A DNA stretch of 64,000 nt from Eledone cirrhosa. Lineage: Eukaryota. The notes below the pieces were generated by a model. That model saw only the letters and a list, made by a program, of their open reading frames with translations, did not search any database and was not told where the DNA came from. The stretch spans positions 2,170,001 to 2,234,000 of the forward strand of contig OZ024756.1 in assembly GCA_964016885.1 (NCBI GenBank), written 5' to 3'. Numbering within the stretch: the first letter of the stretch is position 1; each line of letters opens with the position of its first letter. The translations under genes were made by a program, and so were the position numbers. This document shows, piece by piece, positions 55,635-64,000 of this stretch.

Positions 55635-56813
55635 GTGTGTGTGTGAATGTGTGTGTAAGTGTATGTGTGTGTGAGTGTGAGTGTGTGTGTGCGTGAGAGT
55701 GCGTGTGTGTATTTGTGTGTGTGTGAGTGTATGTGTATCACTGAGTGTGTGTATGTGTTTGAGTGTGTGTATGTGTGAGTGTGTCTGTGTGTGGGTGTGT
55801 GTAAGAGAGTGTATGTGTGTGTGTTTGCTTGTGTGTGAGTGTATGTCTGTGTGTGAGTGTGTTTGTGTGCGTATGAGTTTGTGTGTGAGTGTGTCTGTTT
55901 GTGTGTGTGTGTCAGTATATATGTGTGTGTTAGTATATGTGTGTGTGTGTCAGTATGTGTGTGTGTTAGTATATGTGTGTGTGTGTCAGTGTGTGTCAGT
56001 ATGTGTGTGTCAGTATATGTGTGTCAGTGTGTGTGTGTCAGTATATGTGTGTGTGTCAGTATGTGTGTGTTAGTATATGTGTGTGTGTCAGTATGTGTGT
56101 GTCAGTATGTGTGTGTGTCAGTATATGTGTGTCAGTATATGTGTGTGTGTTAGTATATGTGTGTGTGTGTCAGTATGTGTGTGTGTCAGTATATGTGTGT
56201 CAGTATATATGTGTGTGTTAGTATATGTGTGTGTGTGTGTGTGTCAGTATATGTGTGTCAGTATATATGTGTGTGTTAGTATATGTGTGTGTGTGTGTGT
56301 CAGTATGTGTGTATGTGTGATATATGCGGGGCTGAATTAGTGGTGCTAAACCACTCACCTCCCTCCACCCGTCTTTACAAAAGAGTACTTGAAATTTCTG
56401 GAAGGTCTTAATGTTATCAACATGTTTTAGAACACAGCCCCACCCTGCCACAACCCCATCCCCACCCCACCATGCCCCTCCCCCACACTAAAACAAAAAC
56501 AAAACAAAACATCTAATAAAAAACCCCCAAAAAACAACATTCTACCACTTCATGAAATGTTCAGATTTTTCAATTAAATTTTGAAAAATATAAATAACGT
56601 AATAAGGATAGCCAAGGTATGTATATTAGTGTGTATATATGTATATATATGTGTGTGTGTGTATGTATGTATATATGTGTGTATGTATATATGTGTGGGT
56701 ATATATGTATATATGTCTGTATGTATGTATGTATATATGTGTGTGTATGTATGTATATATGTGTGTATGTATATATGTGTGGGTATATATGTATATATGT
56801 CTGCATGTATGAA

Positions 56814-56852
<39 letters not shown>

Positions 56853-57203
56853 GTATATGTATATAAGTATATATGTGTGGGTATGTATGTATATATGTCT
56901 GTCTGTATGTATGTATGTATGTATGTATGTATGTATGTATGTATGTATGTATGTATGTATGTATGTATATGTGTGTATGTATATATGTGTGGGTATATAT
57001 GTATATATGTCTGCATGTATGTATGTATGTATATATGTGTGTATGTATGTATATATGTGTGGGTATATATGTATATATGTCTGTATGTATGTATGTATGT
57101 ATGTATGTATGTATGTATATGTGTGTGTATGTATGTATGTATGTATGTGTATGTATGTATGTATGTATGTATGTATGTATATGTGTGTGTATGTATGTAT
57201 GTA

Positions 57204-57235
<32 letters not shown>

Positions 57236-57348
57236 CATGTTTGTATGCATGCATATGCATTTATAGGGATGTATGTATGAATCTATGAATGTATGCATGT
57301 ATATATTATGGTTATATCTATGTATGAGTACACACAGATCCATATATA

Positions 57349-57400
<52 letters not shown>
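55635..57400. repeat. (GT)n, GTCAGTATATGT and (TATG)n satellites, interrupted by unique DNA at ~56320-56615
   Basis: Seen directly. Confidence 0.9.
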
Positions 57401-57406
<6 letters not shown>

Positions 57407-57881
57407 TGTCTACGTACAAATAAAATTCTACTGGAAATTCAATATGGATTGAATAATGCACACACACACAAACAAACACAATCTCACACACACAAACAAA
57501 CACACACAAACAAACACACACTCACACACACACACACACATATATATATTTATACACATGCCTATATGAATTATCTATTTCTATCAATATCTCTTCATAC
57601 TCCAGTGTGTTAAATGAAATTAAAATAAAATATCTTGTTTAAGTTTATTTTGTCGGATGTGATAATTCTACGAAAGACATTACCTTTTCTTTTTCTAATG
57701 TAAAGATTTTCTTTAGAAAACTTCGCCACATCGATTTTGGTAATAGAAAGAATTTCGGTTTCGGAATCTTGCTAAAATCCATTTTATCCAGTTTTGTTTT
57801 GTAGTAAACGGTCCTTCCATCCCATTATCGTATTGATTTTGTTGTTAAAGAAATTGAATGAGGCGAAATTTAAGTGACAAA

Positions 57882-58125
57882 CTCTCATCTCACCTCATCT
57901 CATCTCACCCAACCTCACCACACCTCCCCTCATCTCATCTCATCTCATCTCTACCAACCTCATCTCACCCAGCCTCACCCCCTCCCCTCACCTAACTTAA
58001 TCTCCCCTCACCTTCCCTCATCGCAACTCATCTCATCTCACCCAACCTTACCTCACCTCACCTCACCTTACCTACCCCTCATTTCAACTCACCTCACCCA
58101 ACCTCATCTCACCCAACCTCCCCTC
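57882..58125. repeat. (CTCAT/CTCAC)n pentanucleotide repeat
   Basis: Seen directly. Confidence 0.9.
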
Positions 58126-58164
58126 AGTTCGGCACTTTTCAACATATGTTTATTGTAAGGGTAT

Positions 58165-58390
58165 GTGACTTAGAGGATTTGGTATAAGTCCTTAAGGTCG
58201 TGAATTCGATTCCCGGCAGTGCAATGAGTCCTTCAGCAAGACACTGTATTTCACGTTGCACCATTCCACTCAGCTGCTCCACAATGAGTTGTACTTGTAA
58301 CTCAGATAGCCAACTTAATGTCACAACACGCTGAATCTCTCTGAGTATTACCTAAAGAGTACACGTGTCTGTGGAATGCTTAGTCAATTT
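58165..58390 (+). mobile_element. Second SINE family, diverged copy
   Basis: TTCGATTCCCGG...GTCCTTCAGCAAGACACTGTATTTCAC. Confidence 0.65.
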
Positions 58391-58544
58391 TACGAGATAG
58401 CTGTGACACTGATGTTTCAGGATTCTGTCGCTCCTGAGGTAGCTGCGACTTGATCACAGCTTAAGGAGTGATAACGAGACTAACATCTGTCTATTATATA
58501 TAAACTTATAGTATATGCCTGTATAATTATGAATTACACCATGT

Positions 58545-59080
58545 TAGTCTTCTTGTGTTATATGGTCTTGACTGTGTTTATTGGAGGACAAGGTCAGTTC
58601 AGAAGCTCTCTACATTCCAGAACCACATCATGAGACTTATGACTGGCAAGCAGCTCAGCGATCATAACTGTATCAGTGAGCTGTTCAACATTACCAAACT
58701 TATACATCAATTGTCAAGTCAAGAGTACTCAAATTATACGGTCACATAAAAAGATCAACTCGTGGTGTGAGTAGGTTGGAAGGAAGGTTGGCTGGTAGGA
58801 GAAGTAGAGGCTGGTAGCCTATGGACTGGACTTGATTTTTGCTCTTTAAACTCTGCTGTAGGTAATCGAAAGGTACTATATATGTCTGGAAGGAAGGTTG
58901 GCTGGTAAGAGAAGCAGAGGCCGGCAGCCAAAACAATGGCTTGATAATATCAATTCATGGACTGGACTTGATCTTTGCTCTTTGAACTCTGCTGTTGGTG
59001 ATCGAACTTTGTGGATAGAGATATCACATGTTGATGCGCCGTCTGCAACTGGCGGAGTTTAGCGTCACAAGAGGAAGAGT
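58545..59080 (+). pseudogene. RTE-like LINE 3' fragment
   Basis: LYGLDC..W...KLSTFQNHIMR, KLYGHIKR and LEGRLAGRRSRG. Internal duplication 58777-58870 / 58887-59005. Confidence 0.75.
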
Positions 59081-59345
59081 CTTCTTCTTCTTCTCCAACA
59101 TATTCCTGAGAAGGTCATGGGGGCAGAATCCTCAAACACTCTTTCCAGTGGGTCCTGTCAGAAGCAACCGTCTCCAACTGATCCGGCTGGATCCCCAAGC
59201 AAGATCAGCCAAGCTCATGCATGTTATCCAACCATCTTGCTCGGGAGGTCTACCCTTGGCTCTCCTGCTGGTTGGTTTTGCCCGTAAAATATGACCAGTC
59301 ATTCTTTCCTGAGACATTCTAACCACATGCCCATAGTATCGCCAT
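59081..59345 (-). pseudogene. RTE-like LINE 3' fragment with (GAA) tail
   Basis: RYYGHVVRMSQER...RRAKGRP..W. Confidence 0.75.
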
Positions 59346-59863
59346 GTTAGTGCTACTGTAAATTAATCCAACCCCGTCAAGCACAATATGCTAATGAACT
59401 TCCCCAGCAAATATTTCAAACGCAAAAAGTATAGAAGCTATTGCTTATGTTAATCTTTCTCATACTGAGTTACTAGACGTCGCAGATCAAGTGATGATCA
59501 CAGATTGAAATGGTCATAGCGAGACCCATAGATATTTATTATACATAACTCTATTGTATATAACTTCATGTATTACGTATCTCGTCACGTTATTGGTACT
59601 GCTAACAGACACACACACACACACACACACACGTATATATATATATATTTCTTTATTTACTATAAAGGCATAAAAAGAAGGGACAAATACAAAGGGGGTA
59701 GTTTACATAAAACCGAGTAAAAAGGGTATAAAATGAAAATAATCAAAAACAACCTCAAAAGGGAGGGGACGTAATGGGGGTTGCACACACCCCCGAAAAA
59801 GTGTGCAATCCTTTGCCCGGGGAGCACATGGAGAATGTGCTCCCCTCTCCTTCACTTCTTTAC

Positions 59864-62800
59864 CTACAGGATGGTATACAGAGAAGGCCCATTTACACGA
59901 GCCATTCTCGCCACTATCACCCACCTTTCATAAAACTGCCTGTGGCTAAGCACCTCTCTCTCCATTCTTATCCTTCTTCCGAAGTGATATCGGAAGAAGT
60001 AGACCAGACTATGGCCAGAGAGGAAGTTGCCTGACCTCAGACCTTTCAATCGTGTCCACCAAACAACCTCTTTCAACATGGCTATTACGCACAGAAAAAC
60101 CGCCTTTGCTTCCTTTGTGAAGAGGGGAGGCGGCTTGATAGTTACCACGGACTCGGCGGTCAATCGAATCGGCGCCACCTGCGACAGCAGTCGTTCGGCG
60201 TAGCCCCACAGATCAGCCACGCCCGGACAGTGCACCAATGCGTGCGCAACGGTTTCTTCGTGACGTACGCTTCTAGGGCAAATCTTTTTCGAGGGACCCT
60301 TGCCCGGGCGCCCGTGTCTGTAGAGCTTTTCTCGAATGGGTAGAGCCCCCCGGTAGCACTGCCAGGCCAGTGACTTCTGGAAGTTGTCCATTGGTCCCGG
60401 GCCGAAAGTCCTACCGAACAGACTGGCCAGTTCGTCCTCTTATGGGTGTCATCGCCCCTGCTAGCCACCAGCCCTCTAAGAATGACGAGGTGGATTCTCC
60501 ACCGATGGCCGGGTCCGCTTGCCAGAGAGCCCTGAGCGCCTGGGCACATTCAGTGTGCCAGTCGCCCAGTTTTCCGGATGTTTGCTTGACCCAGGACTGC
60601 AGCTCGGTGAGCGAGACGAGTCTCGGAAAGGCTCGTCTCACGAACGGAGCACACACCGGTTGACCAGTGAGGAATACCTGTAGGTGCCGTAGCCTTAATG
60701 TGTGCCTACGCATCATCAACCACGGCATATCCACCCCTCCTTTCGAAGGTTGTTGGCAGCAGATGGATCTTCTCACCATAGGAGGGCGTTTCTTCCAAAG
60801 AAATTGAAAGAGCATGCGTTCCATGGGGGTGAGTGTTTCCTTAGGGTAAGGCACGACAGTCAGGCGGTAGTAGGTGACGGACGCTATGTAAATGTTCGCC
60901 ACCTCCGCCCGACCTTTCAGGGACAGCTTACACTTGGCCCATTTCTGGGTCAGTGCAAACACCTTGCTCGTAACCTCGCCCCAGTTCTTTTCGTAACCTC
61001 GCCCCAGTTCTTTTCCAAACCAGACCCCAAGCAACTTCACCGGGCCCTCCGTCCAGTGTCCGACGACACCGTCGGGAGGCATCGGTCTGCCTCTCTACGT
61101 TCCGAGTTGCAGCCCGATGGATTTTTCCCGGTTCAGTTTCGCTCCTGACAACCTTTCGTATTCCTCCAGTAAGGTACCGATCGCCTCGATCTCCGAGTCG
61201 GTCCATACCATTACTGTTACGTCATCGGCGTAGGCCGACACCGCTTTGCTCAATCCTGGTTCCAGGGGGATACCCTGCAGCAACTCCAACTTCCTCAGTA
61301 AAGGCTCGAGAGTCAATACGTACAGAAGGGAGGAGAGAGGGCACCCCTGTCGAATGGATCGTGTGATTTCGAACGGCTTCGAAAGGTAGCCGTTCACCTT
61401 GATCCTAGAACAGATGTGGTTGCTATGAAAGGCAGTGATCCAGCCTCTGAAAACAGGGCCGAAGCCAGCCGCCGCTAGCACCGCATCCAGGTAACCATGG
61501 TCGACCCTATCAAACGCCTTAGACTGATCCAAGTTGATCAGGGACCCACCGAAGCCGGGTTTGTTGCCAACCCTCTCTACGATGTATCGCATGAGGTGGA
61601 GGTTGTCGTGAATGGAGCTGGATGGGAAAGCACCTGTCTGCGCATCTCCCACCAGGCTACCCACGACAAGCGCCAACCTCTTTGCTAACACCTTGGCCAA
61701 AATCTTTAACTCTGTGTTTAGCAGGGTTATGGGCCGAAAATTATTTATACTATCCCCCTTGTTCTCGTCCTTCCTCACCAGCGAGACTACGCCCTTGGCT
61801 ACAGAACAAGGAATTCTCCCGTTCTGCTGCCAATTGCAGTAGACTGCTTCGAGGAGTTCGGAGAAGAAGACCGACATTGCTAAATAAAGTTCGTAAGGTA
61901 TACCATCGAGACCTGGATATTTGCGTCTGCTGCATTGGCTCAGCGCATCCCCGATCTCATCAGCCGAGATTGGTCCCTCGCAGGACTCTGCCTCTTCGCT
62001 CGAGAGGCGCGGCGGGCCGTCGAGGTATGGACCGAAATCCACGTCCTCGCCCGGACCTTCGCCTCCTTCGAACAATCGGGCAAAGTGCCTTTGAAAGGCC
62101 TCGCACATCTGCTTAGGCTCCCGGATCACCCGTCCATCCTCGTCCTGCAAAGACCGGATGGTGGATCGATTTCCACTCTTAGCTTCTGTCACGCGGGCCC
62201 AGCCAACGGCTTTGGCCCCCTCATTACCTAGAGCACGTATTTTACTTCGAATGACGCAGCCTTCGTGCTTTGCATCGAAAAACTGGCTCAAGGCCGTCCT
62301 CGATGCCAGCACTCTGGCCACATCTTTGCTCTTGATTGCCTCTTCTAATTTACTTGTTAATTCTTTCTCGTTCCTATTCCTATCGGCAGCTAACATCTTG
62401 CTATAACTTATTGATTCTGTTCTAATCTCTCTTTTGAGAGATGCCCACCATCTGTTGTTGACGATTGCACCCGTCAACCTCTCCTAAACTAATCTGCTAA
62501 TCCGGTCTCTGTAAGCCTCTTTTGCCGGCAAAGACAAATTAAGTTTCCAGTAACCGGGACCCTGTCTATGTGTTCTCTCGAGGTTGACTACGCAGGTCAC
62601 TAATTTGTGATCTGTATAGCCAACCGTGAGCATTTCTGGACGGCTTAATATGTCCCTATCCTTACTTCTAACTAAGAATCTATCTAAGTACGATCTAAAT
62701 TGACCACTGTGGTTCGTCCAAGTCCAGGTTGACACAGTTGGAAAATCTAGTCGATATCTATCGACCAAGTTAAAACGGTCGAGTAACCTCTTGAGGCTGT

Positions 62801-63286
62801 TACACCCCCTCTATTAGGATATGCTCCTGCATAGTCCCAACGTGCATCTAGGATGTCATTCCAGTCCCCCGCTAGAAGCAGGGAACGCGACGTTCCGAGA
62901 AAAGTCTCCAGACGCTGGAAGAAGTCGGGTCGTTCAGCTCCGAAAGGGGAGTAGACGGCGACCAGTCTCAAGGCCGCACCTCCACGACTGCCAACGTCTA
63001 GCACCAACAAACGACCTTCCGGGTCCGAGTGAACAACCTGTACGGCGAGACTCAGGTGTTTTTCCAGCAGTACGACAACCCCACCCCCACCTCCAGGTTG
63101 ACAGAGAGATGCGTGCACCTCAAAGTCATCGAAGGTAGGGGCCAGCTGCCGCACGACGCTGATCCGAGTCTCACAGATAACCATTACATTTATACCACGT
63201 GACCTGAGGTCATTTAGAAGATTTGCTTGCTTCCAAGTTGAGCCCAGGCCACGTGCATTCAAACATCCTACTCTTAACACATCCAT
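59864..63286 (-). pseudogene. Tx1-like ORF2 (APE endonuclease + reverse transcriptase + zf-RVT), frameshifted
   Basis: CLNARGL, ICET, LAGDWN, SYLDRFLV, TDHKLV, GPGYWKLN, PGLDGIP, FRPITLLNTELKI, LDQSKAFDRV, RQGCPLS, AYADD and ETVAHALVHCP, split over 5 ORFs. Confidence 0.95.
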
Positions 63287-64000
63287 GTGGGCGGCAAAGC
63301 CAAAGGAGAGTGTAGAGACCTACCTTTCTGCTTCCCGGGTTCGGGTCGCACGACTTCCATGGGGTCGGGGGTGTTGGGTGAAGGGGTGTCTTGTGGTGGT
63401 GTGGGGTCGTCAGTGTGTGGTGGGGTTTGGGTGTTTGGAGTTGTGTTGGGGAGGGGAAGGGGAGGGGGAAAGCTTTTTAGGAGGACGCGGTTTATGGGTT
63501 TGACAGAGAGTGGTCCTACGTCCTCCTTAAAATCCTTTTTTAGTTTTTGGTAGAGGTTCATTGGGACCTTTATTAATTTTAATTGTGGGTTGTTTTCTGA
63601 AAAAATAAAGTTTACCCCTTCGGTTTGTACCGAAGGGTTATTGTTTATGAGTTCATTTAATTTATTATTGTTTCTGTTGATGTAAGTATAGTGTAATGTC
63701 TTTTTTTCGGATGGTGTGAGTGTTTCGAAGAGGGGAGGGGCAGGTTTGGATTTGTTTGTTGCTGGAGGGGTGTTTTGTGTTTTGTTGGATTGTGTTGACA
63801 TTTGGATAGGGGCTGTTTGGCCTTGTGTGTTTTGCACATGTTTTTTTTTTTTCCTTTTAATCTGTCTGAAGGACTCCGTTTCTTCCTCCGAATTCGTTGG
63901 GTTATCTTCAGTGTTGGAGGGAAGATGTATGTTTGCTGGTAGTGTTTTCGTGTTAGTTATCTTTGTGGGGGAGATGGATGTCACTATGTTAGACTGTCTT
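63274..64000 (-). CDS. Probable LINE ORF1 C-terminal part (basic, Pro/Thr-rich)
   Basis: 236-aa open frame ending 13 nt into the ORF2 start. No diagnostic motif is visible. Confidence 0.6.
   Translation of the reverse strand, partial: RQSNIVTSISPTKITNTKTLPANIHLPSNTEDNPTNSEEETESFRQIKRKKKKHVQNTQGQTAPIQMSTQSNKTQNTPPATNKSKPAPPLFETLTPSEKKTLHYTYINRNNNKLNELINNNPSVQTEGVNFIFSENNPQLKLIKVPMNLYQKLKKDFKEDVGPLSVKPINRVLLKSFPPPLPLPNTTPNTQTPPHTDDPTPPQDTPSPNTPDPMEVVRPEPGKQKGRSLHSPLALPPTWMC

Larger units (their letters stand above)
59648..64000 (-). mobile_element. L1/Tx1-clade LINE, near full length (5' end outside the window)
   Basis: ORF1 end, APE, RT, zf-RVT and 3'UTR ending AATAAAGAAA at a (TA)/(TG) tract. 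Confidence 0.95.

Noticed and set aside
59864-63286. RT as part of a retron, DGR or other prokaryotic system
   Set aside because: The APE-RT-zf layout is that of a eukaryotic L1/Tx1 LINE.

Overview
AT-rich, repeat-saturated animal DNA, most likely cephalopod (Octopus-like, inferred from the SINE families). No intact host gene could be identified with confidence, and most ORFs in the track are microsatellite read-throughs. The window holds decayed retroelements: two Penelope-like (PLE) RT/GIY-YIG remnants, a near full-length L1/Tx1 LINE, two RLE (R4/Dong-like) 3' fragments, RTE fragments plus an RTE-derived non-autonomous family, and about 20 tRNA-derived SINE copies. The main unannotated signal is about 20 type I hammerhead ribozyme (HHR) motifs from at least 10 sequence families. 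Several show compensatory stem changes or the U3-A8 core covariation. They sit in small non-coding elements embedded in (TA)n tracts, either as 320-550 bp head-to-tail repeats (retrozyme-like) or as fold-back pairs whose 3' ends always point outward. All folds and translations were done by eye, and repeat boundaries are approximate.
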